Shown here in pieces: positions 1 to 8,369 of a stretch of 64,000 nucleotides of DNA (position 1 is the stretch's first letter; each line of letters opens with the position of its first letter). This DNA comes from Candidatus Moanibacter sp. Its GTDB lineage: Bacteria > Verrucomicrobiota > Verrucomicrobiia > Opitutales > UBA2987. The stretch covers positions 32,001 through 96,000 of the forward strand of contig CBDCEW010000091.1 of NCBI GenBank assembly GCA_965215885.1, written 5' to 3'. The translations under genes and the position numbers were made by a program. The notes below the pieces were generated by a model. The model searched no databases, was not told where the DNA came from, and saw nothing but the letters and a program-made list of their open reading frames with translations.

Positions 1-17
1 TTTCTCGGTTATATTCC

Positions 18-124
18 GATCCCGGCTTGCCCGGACTGGCAATAAGAAAATGAATCCCAATCCCGGCAAGCCGGGATCGCTCGCCCATCGACAAGCTCAG
101 GGTCTTCGACGAGCGAGCTTCCTA
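18..124. repeat. Cluster of REP-like hairpins
   Basis: GATCCCGGCTTGCCCGGA and TCCCGGCAAGCCGGGA (also at ~47590). TCGACAAGCTCAGGGT. GCGAGCTTCCTAC (also at ~50390). Confidence 0.6.
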
Positions 125-280
125 CCCTCACGGTAATTCTACCCAGATTGGCCATTTCCCCGGCCCTCCATTTGCCATCCTCTGGGTCTCTTATTGGGCT
201 TTTTACGGTAATCCGAAAATCTGTTTTAGATCCTGAACGGACCTTGCTTACATGTGAGGCCAGGTTAAGAATATACTCCT

Positions 281-958
281 ATGCGATTGCTGGTGGTGGG
301 GGCGGATCATCCTCTGGGTAGGGCGGTAGTGATACGCTTCGCTCGTGAACATGATGTCAAGAGTGCGACTTGGGCTGGGCCCTACGGGCAGGATAATGCA
401 GCGAAGGACTTAACAGTTGTCCATCACACACGGAAAGCGGAGATCGATTGTCTGGTAGAGGGCGTCGATACGATCGTCTATTTGATCGAATACGAATCGC
501 AAGAGAGCAACGAAGATGAGGCATGGCTAATTGAAAGGGCGACGCTGGCGCCGTATCGCCTCTTACAAGCAGCAAGAGAGGCTGGCGTGACACGGGTTGT
601 CTTAGGAAGCACCTTGCGGCTCTTCGATTCCTACCCGGAGGACTGCGTCATCGACGAGCAATGGATGCCGCGGCCCAAACCTGAAGCGCGGGCGCTCGCT
701 CCACACCTCTGTGAACAGACCTGCCGGGAGTTTGCGCGTGAAGGGCCGATGGCGGTGGTCGCCCTCCGGTTCGATTCATCAGAAATTGAAAATGATGGAA
801 CCGTCGCGCTCTCTGCGATCGAAAAGGCATTAGAGTTACCGATGACGATTCCAGGCTACCGGTGGCAGGTGTTTCATATCGCAAATTTGGACCGTTACGT
901 GACGCGACAGGCACAGATTCGTCTCGGCTGGGCAGGAAGGAAAGGGATTGGAAGTTGA
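281..958 (+). CDS. NAD-dependent epimerase/dehydratase-like protein (extended SDR)
   Basis: N-terminal Rossmann-like VVGADHPLG. LLQAAREAGVTRVVLGST is typical of extended SDRs. Confidence 0.7.
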   Translation: MRLLVVGADHPLGRAVVIRFAREHDVKSATWAGPYGQDNAAKDLTVVHHTRKAEIDCLVEGVDTIVYLIEYESQESNEDEAWLIERATLAPYRLLQAAREAGVTRVVLGSTLRLFDSYPEDCVIDEQWMPRPKPEARALAPHLCEQTCREFAREGPMAVVALRFDSSEIENDGTVALSAIEKALELPMTIPGYRWQVFHIANLDRYVTRQAQIRLGWAGRKGIGS

Positions 959-959
959 T

Positions 960-1760
960 ATGGCGACGGTAAAGAGTGGAACCATTTGTATTTTCGGGGC
1001 AGGCGGTCCGGTTGCGGCGGTCGTCGCGGAGGCGTTGGCTCCCCATTACACCTTGCGTCTCGCCGATGCGCTTACGATAGACGAAATCCTTGCGCGTCCT
1101 TTCCAACACGAAGGGTTTCCGTGTCCACAGAGGCTTGAGTATCCCCATTCCTGGGAGGTGGCGGACATCACGGACTATGCTCAGGTGGGCAAGATTGTCG
1201 AGGGCTGTGATGCCGTAATCAACCTGACGGTGAACCGCGACGTGGAAGGTGCGGCTTTTGCCGTGAACGTGCTCGGGGCCTACCATGTGATGAAGGCGGC
1301 GGTGGAATTCCGTTTGAAACGGGTTATCCATACCGGTCCGGAAGCCGCCCACCCCCAGTTCGAGGGCGACTACTATCACGATTTCCGCATACCCGACGAA
1401 GCTCCCCCCCGCCCCGGCACGGCGCTTTATGCGCTCACCAAATTTCTGGGCCGTGAAGTCGTCGATGTCTTCGCGCGCGAGCGGCCGGAAGTCGAGGTGA
1501 TGACTTTTCTGGTGTCGCGTCTGCGTCCTGCGCACGAAAAGGATGGCCGCGACGATGATGTGGTGGTGGCGTATTCTACGGCATGGGAGGACCTCGGGGA
1601 CGCTTTTTTGTGCGGGTTGCGCGCTCCGTCGATGCCACGTCCGAATGAAGTCTTTCATATCTGCGGCAGGCTTCCCATGGGAAAGTTCTCTCCCGACAAA
1701 GCAGAGCGCCTGCTCGGCTGGAAACCGGAGCATGACTTTAGACGCTTTTACACCCGCTAA
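960..1760 (+). CDS. NAD(P)-dependent oxidoreductase, uronate dehydrogenase-like extended SDR
   Basis: IFGAGGP, ADITD, DAVINL, VNVLG and YALTK (YxxxK). ATG at 960 directly follows the upstream stop. Confidence 0.8.
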   Translation: MATVKSGTICIFGAGGPVAAVVAEALAPHYTLRLADALTIDEILARPFQHEGFPCPQRLEYPHSWEVADITDYAQVGKIVEGCDAVINLTVNRDVEGAAFAVNVLGAYHVMKAAVEFRLKRVIHTGPEAAHPQFEGDYYHDFRIPDEAPPRPGTALYALTKFLGREVVDVFARERPEVEVMTFLVSRLRPAHEKDGRDDDVVVAYSTAWEDLGDAFLCGLRAPSMPRPNEVFHICGRLPMGKFSPDKAERLLGWKPEHDFRRFYTR

Positions 1761-1826
1761 GAGCCTGTCGGACTTTGCCGGCAGGCTCTTAGCGGAGAAT
1801 CTGTCGGACTCCAGGTCCGACAGATT
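1759..1826. repeat. Two short inverted repeats of the CTGTCGG...CCGACAG family
   Basis: AAGAGCCTG...CAGGCTCTT and AATCTGTCGGAC-tccag-GTCCGACAGATT. Related ends occur at 7274-7310, ~28300-28320 and 32116-32212. Confidence 0.6.
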
Positions 1827-1874
1827 TGGAACTTTAAGATTCGCAGATCTTTGGGTTAGCGGAGTAGCAATGGT

Positions 1875-1980
1875 TGTCATCGCGAGCCGACCGAAAGGGA
1901 GGCGCGGCGATCCAGGAAAAGGGATGGGCAGCGAATCCATTTCTGGATTGCTTCTCCCGCTGGGCGGGATCGCAATGACA
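1875..1980. repeat. Inverted-repeat (REP/BIME-like) element
   Basis: TGTCATCGCGA...TCGCAATGACA ends, with an internal palindrome TCCCGC-TGG-GCGGGA at 1955-1969. Confidence 0.65.
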
Positions 1981-2045
1981 GTGATTTCTCTTTGGTCTAT
2001 TTGTCTCAAAGAAATGGACGGCCTTAGTGTCTACAGGATGACCCC

Positions 2046-3131
2046 GTGAATCCTACCCGCATACTGACATTTTTCGCTACCAGTACGAACGGTGAAAGTC
2101 GGGGGATTTACCGTTCGTGGTTTGACGCGACGCGGGGCGCCTTTGCGGAAGTAGAACTGGCGATGGAAGCGCCCAATCCGACCTTCCTTGCTGCGTGCGC
2201 AGGGCGCGGGTTGTTGTACTCAACCAGCGAAGTGCCTGAGACCGAAGGCCGAGCTGAGGGGGCTCTCTACGCCTATTCGGTGGAGGAGGAGAACGGCGCA
2301 CTGGGGCTAATCAACCGTGCCTTCACCGGCGGTATGGGCCCATCCTTCGTCGATTGTGATTGCACCCCGAGGACCGTCATCACGTCGAATATCTGGGGTG
2401 GCAGTGTGGCTTCTTTCCGGATCGAAGACGATGGCCGGCTGTCGGATCCGGTCTCTGTCGTTGAGCACGTTGCTGAGGGGGGCGGTGTGCATCCTCGATT
2501 ACAGGACAGGCCCCATCCGCACTCGATCCGATTCGATCTTTGTGGCCGCTTTGCCCTGGCGTGCGATCGTGGCGCCGATCGCATTTTTATCTACCGGCAC
2601 GAGCCTGAGACCTCCCGCCTGGTTCCGCATGAGCCTTACGAAGTTGTGGCCGCTCACGGAGCGGGGCCGCGGCACCTCTCCTTCCATCCCAACGGCCGTT
2701 TTGTCTTTGTCCTCAATGAATTGAACAGCACGATTACGGTCTACAGCTACGATGCGGATGAGGGAAGGACTCAAGAAGAGGAGACCGTAGGCACCTTGCC
2801 GCACGGGTTCCAGGGCGAGAACATGACCGCCGAAATCGAGGCCAGCGCCTGCGGACGCTTTCTCTACAGTTCCAATCGCGGCCATAACAGTATCGCGATG
2901 TTCCGAGTCGATGCCGACAAAGGGCGCCTCGAACCGCTTGGACATTGCAGCACCCGCGGCGATTGGCCCCGCACATTCAGGATCGACCCCACCGGATCCT
3001 GGCTTGTGGCCGCCAACCAAAGAACCAGTGACGCCTTCGTCTTTCGCATCGATCCGGAAAATGGCGGCCTCACACCGGCGGGTGACCGCCTCGCCGTCAT
3101 CAACCCGACCTGTGTTCGGTTCTTTTGCTGA
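2046..3131 (+). CDS. pgl: Lactonase family (6-phosphogluconolactonase-like beta-propeller)
   Basis: PHPHSI, GAGPRHLSFHPNG, LNEL, LYSSNRGHNSI, PRTF and VAANQ motifs. Confidence 0.85.
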   Translation: MNPTRILTFFATSTNGESRGIYRSWFDATRGAFAEVELAMEAPNPTFLAACAGRGLLYSTSEVPETEGRAEGALYAYSVEEENGALGLINRAFTGGMGPSFVDCDCTPRTVITSNIWGGSVASFRIEDDGRLSDPVSVVEHVAEGGGVHPRLQDRPHPHSIRFDLCGRFALACDRGADRIFIYRHEPETSRLVPHEPYEVVAAHGAGPRHLSFHPNGRFVFVLNELNSTITVYSYDADEGRTQEEETVGTLPHGFQGENMTAEIEASACGRFLYSSNRGHNSIAMFRVDADKGRLEPLGHCSTRGDWPRTFRIDPTGSWLVAANQRTSDAFVFRIDPENGGLTPAGDRLAVINPTCVRFFC

Positions 3132-3190
3132 CCCCAAAAATTGAATGTAGATGTGGTCTGGCGGCCGGAACTTTCAGTGCGAGTTGCCTG

Positions 3191-3310
3191 GTCAGTAGCG
3201 GAAAGCGGGAGCTTTTCGACACGCGGATAAGACTGAGTCGCCGAATTTATTTGCACGAAGGCAGATTTCCCACTGAATGTACGAAAAGCTCCCGCTTTTC
3301 CGCTACTGAC
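3191..3310. repeat. GTAG-type REP pair (REPIN/BIME-like) between convergent genes
   Basis: GTCAGTAGCGGAAAGCGGGAGCTTTTCG (3191-3218) is inverted with CGAAAAGCTCCCGCTTTTCCGCTACTGAC (3282-3310). Confidence 0.75.
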
Positions 3311-3457
3311 GTTTCTCCGTTCAAAGGAAGCAGGACGAACTTTGGTGCCTCACCGGGTTGTCGCGTGGGAGATCCGATAGAGAATCTGGGCGCTACGATT
3401 CTTTTGGGAGTGCCGTAGATTTATATCGTTTGTATTCGAGATTTGAAAGCACGGGCT

Positions 3458-6310
3458 CTACCTATAGGTTTCCTTCAGTTGTCTGACCAATCTGGGGTAT
3501 TCCTCAAGAAGCCGGGTAATCTCTGCAACATTAAGGGCTGAGAGCGGTGCCTTCAGATCTGCGGCGAACCGCGACACTTCATCGCACTGATATTGTTCTC
3601 CCAATACTCCCACTCGATTCGCGAATTTCTCGATCCTCGCGACCCGCCGCCGTTTCGTGCACACTTCGTATTCGCCGGCCAAATCACCTTCAAGGAGAGC
3701 CAGAAGTTCGTCGATTTGGGGAAGTCGGGAGGGCTTCCGCTGGACCGCCTTTTCCGTTCTTTCCCGTATCTCGGCCAGGGCTTGACCTTTTTTCTGTTCC
3801 GATCTGGCTGAGCGGTAGGGAAGGAAACGTTTCAATTCAGCAATCACTTCAGACCGCTGCACTGGTTTGGTAAGAAACCCGTCAGGTTCAAATCCAGGGG
3901 TGATAAACTCTTCCGGCTTGGAAAGGGATGCGGTCAGAATAACGATTGGTATCTGTCCTGTTAGCGGATCGCTACGTATCTCTCTGGACGCCGCTTTACC
4001 GTCCATAACCGGCATCATAATATCCATAAGGATAAGGGCGGGCTGGTGTCTTCTGGCCATAGCTACCCCATCGATGCCGTCCTCGGCTTCAAGCACGGAC
4101 AGACCGGTATTCACCAGGAACTCGCTTAGAACCTGGCGATTAAACTGGTTGTCCTCCACAATCAGTATCGTTGCGGGGTCGAAGACAGACTCATCCTCAG
4201 TGCCGCTCTTATCGGATACGACATCTTTCTCATCAACCGCGGTTACTTCCAACTCTTTAAGTCTGACAATGAAAACTGTACTTTTACCCCGCTCACTTTC
4301 CACTTCAATGGTGCCGCCAATCAGATCGACGAGGCGCTTTGTTATGGCCAGTCCGAGCCCGGTTCCGCCAAATGTGCGAGTACTTTGTCCGCTCTGTTGC
4401 ACAAATTGTTCGAAAATGCGGTCCTTCTCTTCCTCTTTGATTCCTACCCCTGTATCCTCTACTCGAAAGACAAGGTCGATCTTGCCTGGATCACCCTTGA
4501 CGGCTGACTTACTTACGCCCAATCGGACGTGACCGGATTCCGTGAATTTGATCGCATTATCAAGGAGGTTCAGGAGCACCTGCCTTAATCGTACTTCATC
4601 CAGGAGAATCCACTTGGGCAGCGCCGGATCAACCTCAAGAATTAAGTCCAGGCCCTTTTCCTTAGTCTGCAGTTCGAAAATCCTTTCGATCTCATTGATT
4701 ACCGAAGTGACATTGACCGGCTCCCATTCGATACTCAATTTTCCGGCTTCGATCTTGGAGAGATCAAGTAGATCATTAATCAAACCCAACAGGATCTTAC
4801 CGCTCGACGATATAGATGCGAGGTAGCTGCCGAGAACCTCGTCATCTATCTTTTTTTCGAGTAGTTCCGTAAAGCCGAGGATGGCATTCATGGGCGTGCG
4901 AATTTCATGACTCATGTTTGCTAGAAACTGACTTTTTGCACGATTGGCTGCTTCCGCCTCACTGGCCAGTCGGTTAGCCTGACTTTTGGCCGCTTCCAAG
5001 TCACTGTTAGCCTGCCTCATAGCCAGCTCAGCCTGTTTTCGCAGGGTAATGTCCAGGCCGTAGATATTCACACTGGAGGTATCGCTACCCGGACGCGAAA
5101 AAGTAAGTAACATAAAGTGACCATCGTGTTCTATTTCCTCCTTTTGGGTCGTCCCGTTTTGGGATACTTCTCGAACCAGTGGCCTCCACTTCTTCGGGAT
5201 AGTTTTCTCAAAGCCGGTATTCCAGAATCCCAGCAGCGCACTGCTGGATTCATTGGCGTAAGTAACCGTTCCATCAAGAGAGACTTTCATTACAGGATTC
5301 GGATTGTCGCCCGGGAATCGCCCCATGACACGCAGGCGTTCTTCGGTTTTTTCTCGCTCAGCTATCTCCTTAAAGAGACTATTCATCGATTCCCTGAGTT
5401 CTCGCGTTCGCTCCTCTACGGCGGCTTCAAGTTCCGCGCGGTGCGAGGTCAGCTCATCAAGACTGCGCTTGAGCCGCTCCGTCATATTGTTAAAAGCGGT
5501 GGCCAATTCCCCTGTCTCGTCTCTGCGTTTGAAATTGAAGCGATAATCGAGATCGCCTGCTCCTATCTTTTCAGCGCCCTCGGTCAACGCTACGATAGGT
5601 TCTGCCAAGCGCCTTCCCATCCACCAGCCAATCCCGAGAGGAAACGGTATGAGCCCCAGAAAAATCAAGACAGACAGCTTCAGGAAACCCTTCTCTCTCG
5701 CCAGCACGCTTTCGGCCGAGATACTTAGCGAGAGGACGGCTTCCGTCTCCCCACTATGGTCGAAAACGGGAGCAAAGCCAGTCAGGCGCGCTCCCCAGTT
5801 CGTTGTGTGAAAGTCCCTGTTTACGTAGGGTTTCTTCAGGTTAGCAAAATCCGCGATCTGTTCTCGGCTCGCATTCACCCAGACGTCACCCACGTGACCT
5901 ACTCGAGCAGGATCGAACCCCGGAATGCCCTCGTACCACGAATCGGCAACCACCGTGATCTGACCACTTTCATTCTGGCGCAAAGTGACGACCGCGCTGA
6001 TGTCTTCCCCGGAATCGTGGATCTTGCGTAGAATCTGTTCGATTTTAGAATGAGTGGGATTTCCCTCCTGGGAGCGATTAACTATCGTGCTGTGTGCGGC
6101 AGCGTCCACCAGATGGGCGCCGATGCTGACACTTTGCTCCAACCGCTCCCGAAAATCTTCTCGCAATTCGTTGCGCGCGAATTCAAACAGGACAAAAGTC
6201 AGCAGTGCAGCCACCAGAATAGCAAGAGACGCAAACGATAGTCCGAGTTTAGTCTCCAGCTTGATGAAATTCCGCCTTTGCGCGCCACCTCTCGTACGCT
6301 TGCTCATCAT
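3458..6310 (-). CDS. Hybrid sensor histidine kinase/response regulator (TM-sensor-HAMP-PAS-HisKA-HATPase-REC)
   Basis: FLANMSHEIRTPMNAI H-box, NLLDNAIKFT, DTGVGI, GGTGLGL, and REC motifs ILMDIMMP and FLTKP. Confidence 0.95.
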   Translation of the reverse strand: MMSKRTRGGAQRRNFIKLETKLGLSFASLAILVAALLTFVLFEFARNELREDFRERLEQSVSIGAHLVDAAAHSTIVNRSQEGNPTHSKIEQILRKIHDSGEDISAVVTLRQNESGQITVVADSWYEGIPGFDPARVGHVGDVWVNASREQIADFANLKKPYVNRDFHTTNWGARLTGFAPVFDHSGETEAVLSLSISAESVLAREKGFLKLSVLIFLGLIPFPLGIGWWMGRRLAEPIVALTEGAEKIGAGDLDYRFNFKRRDETGELATAFNNMTERLKRSLDELTSHRAELEAAVEERTRELRESMNSLFKEIAEREKTEERLRVMGRFPGDNPNPVMKVSLDGTVTYANESSSALLGFWNTGFEKTIPKKWRPLVREVSQNGTTQKEEIEHDGHFMLLTFSRPGSDTSSVNIYGLDITLRKQAELAMRQANSDLEAAKSQANRLASEAEAANRAKSQFLANMSHEIRTPMNAILGFTELLEKKIDDEVLGSYLASISSSGKILLGLINDLLDLSKIEAGKLSIEWEPVNVTSVINEIERIFELQTKEKGLDLILEVDPALPKWILLDEVRLRQVLLNLLDNAIKFTESGHVRLGVSKSAVKGDPGKIDLVFRVEDTGVGIKEEEKDRIFEQFVQQSGQSTRTFGGTGLGLAITKRLVDLIGGTIEVESERGKSTVFIVRLKELEVTAVDEKDVVSDKSGTEDESVFDPATILIVEDNQFNRQVLSEFLVNTGLSVLEAEDGIDGVAMARRHQPALILMDIMMPVMDGKAASREIRSDPLTGQIPIVILTASLSKPEEFITPGFEPDGFLTKPVQRSEVIAELKRFLPYRSARSEQKKGQALAEIRERTEKAVQRKPSRLPQIDELLALLEGDLAGEYEVCTKRRRVARIEKFANRVGVLGEQYQCDEVSRFAADLKAPLSALNVAEITRLLEEYPRLVRQLKETYR

Positions 6311-6490
6311 CCTGTTGACTCCGTAATTGATACGGAAATATGGGCGAGTTCAAATTGGGCTTCCATGATAGCTAAACAAACATAATTATGGCCTCATCGT
6401 AAGGACAAATATGAGAATAGTCAGTTCATTCTAGACACCGCTCGTAATCCCACACTTGCAATGCCTTAATTGATCCGCGATAAACACCAG

Positions 6491-7276
6491 ATGGCTGAAC
6501 GACTGGAAGGAAAAGTTGCCCTCGTAACTGGCGCCTCGCGTGGGATCGGGCGGGCGATTGCCTTGCGCTTCGCGGCAGAGGGCGCGTCTGTGGCGGTGCA
6601 TTATCGGGCGAATACGGAGATGGCTGAGAGCGTATGCCAGGAAATTGCGGCCGCGGGCGGAACCGCCGTTCCAGTTCAGGGAGATGTTGGCGATGCGGAT
6701 GCCATCCCAGATTTTGTGGAGGCGGTGCATGATCGTTTCCAGCGGATTGACATCCTTGTCAACAACGCCGGGATTTTCCTTCCCTCCTCCTTCGCCGAAG
6801 TATCCCTGGACAACTTTGAACGCCTCATGCGGGTCAACGTTTTCGGGCTGGTCGGTGTCACCCGAGCGGTCATACCGGGTATGATTGAGCGACGTTATGG
6901 AAAGATTGTCAATCTTGCCTCAATCGCTGCCCTCGGCACAAAATTCGAAGGTACCAGCGGCTACGGCGTAGCTAAAGCCGCAGTCGTTGCCGTTACTAAG
7001 CGAACGGCCCGCGATTTAGGACCTCACAATATCAACGTCAACGCCATCGCGCCCGGATTGATCCGAACGGATATGGGAATGCCGGAGGCCGATGAGGCGG
7101 AAAGAGAAGCCAGAGAACAGAGCTTCGCTGGGAATGCGGTCCTTGGAAGGATCGGCGAACCGGAAGAAATCGCGCACGCCGCCGTTTTCCTTGCCTCTGA
7201 CGAGGCGTCATTTATCACGGGACAGGTGCTCGTGATCGACGGCGGCCGCACGGATTACCTGACTCATTCGATGTAG
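6491..7276 (+). CDS. Short-chain dehydrogenase/reductase (FabG-like)
   Basis: TGASRGIG, NNAG, YGVAK, NAIAPG and ITGQVLVIDGG. Confidence 0.92.
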   Translation: MAERLEGKVALVTGASRGIGRAIALRFAAEGASVAVHYRANTEMAESVCQEIAAAGGTAVPVQGDVGDADAIPDFVEAVHDRFQRIDILVNNAGIFLPSSFAEVSLDNFERLMRVNVFGLVGVTRAVIPGMIERRYGKIVNLASIAALGTKFEGTSGYGVAKAAVVAVTKRTARDLGPHNINVNAIAPGLIRTDMGMPEADEAEREAREQSFAGNAVLGRIGEPEEIAHAAVFLASDEASFITGQVLVIDGGRTDYLTHSM

Positions 7277-7485
7277 GAATCTGTCGGACCCAAAGTCCGT
7301 CAAATTCCTAGCCCGGACATTTCACACACTTCGCAGCGAGACAGCGTAGATCGCTGCGTATCAGGGCCTTTCCGCAGTTCGGCGGGCGACAGTGTGTTGG
7401 AACCCTCTGAGGTCGCCGAGCAAGGGAAGGGGTTGAGACGCAGTGATATCCGTGGTCGTAGCAGAAGGTTTGTGAAATTTTCGGG

Positions 7486-8109
7486 CTAGAGTATCTCCTT
7501 ATAGACCTCCCTTACCTCGATTCGGGCATTGCCGGGAGTAGAGTTTCTGATCTCCTCTGCCACGCTGTGCGCCAGGGGCAGCATCACCGATCGCGGATGG
7601 GATCCGGGCACTTCCAGGGACTGACGTTTTGAGCCCAGAATCGTCAACCCCGCCGCGAAATCCTCCGTTTCGAAACTCTTCCCTTCTTCAAGATTCTCAA
7701 GGTTCCGAATTTCTAGACTCTCAATTGATTCGATGGGAATCGAATTTGATTTCTTCACGAATCTGATCTTTTCTGAGGCCGCGAGGATCCCGTCAGAGAT
7801 CCGAATCTCTGTGTGATGCAGGTTCAGCGCGGTGAGAATTCCCATCAGGATGATAAATATGCCAAGCAGAAAGGGTGGTACGCCCAGGAAGGCGAAGCCG
7901 ATGATGATCCACCGGAAAATGCCGGATTCCGGCAAACTCAGGAGTGGAACCGCGATCCATGTGAACATGAAGAGACAGATCATAATCCCGAAAAGAATCA
8001 CCATGATGCCGTTTTTCAAAGATGGCATGGCATCCGCCTTCGGGAGCCTGTAAACGGTTCCTCGTAGCGTTTGCGATTGCACAATCCCAGGGGGCAGATC
8101 GGTTTTCAC
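7486..8109 (-). CDS. Hypothetical membrane protein (2 TM plus possible PH-like domain)
   Basis: Two hydrophobic segments followed by a beta-rich soluble tail. Confidence 0.65.
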   Translation of the reverse strand: MKTDLPPGIVQSQTLRGTVYRLPKADAMPSLKNGIMVILFGIMICLFMFTWIAVPLLSLPESGIFRWIIIGFAFLGVPPFLLGIFIILMGILTALNLHHTEIRISDGILAASEKIRFVKKSNSIPIESIESLEIRNLENLEEGKSFETEDFAAGLTILGSKRQSLEVPGSHPRSVMLPLAHSVAEEIRNSTPGNARIEVREVYKEIL

Positions 8110-8294
8110 GTAAGGATTTCGGGCGTTAGGCCGGGAATGTCGGGGTCGGCGGGGAAGAAGGGACGCTGGAGGCGACTAAAGGAGACGTCTTTGACAGAGG
8201 CCGGCGTCGGTCCTGGAGTGTCGAGGACGAAGATTCCCTTGGCGGTGGAACCATAGGCGTTGCGATAATTCATTGCACTCCGTGAAAATAGCAC
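8106..8294 (-). pseudogene. C-terminal remnant of an MlrC/M81-family metallopeptidase
   Basis: NYRNAY..AKGIFVLDTPGPT...RLQRPFFPAD resembles the MlrC C-terminus. No N-terminal part is present. Confidence 0.55.
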
Positions 8295-8369
8295 CGAGGG
8301 CGATGCGAGGCTGGGATTTCACCATTTGAAAAGTGGATTGTTACGAGTGCAGGGGAAGTGGGGTGCTCG

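Noticed and set aside
648..2009. Long antisense or overlapping ORFs (e.g. 648-2009, 17543-19036, 24482-25765, 29079-30098, 57403-58575)
   Set aside because: Shadows of well-supported genes in GC-rich DNA, with no recognisable motifs.
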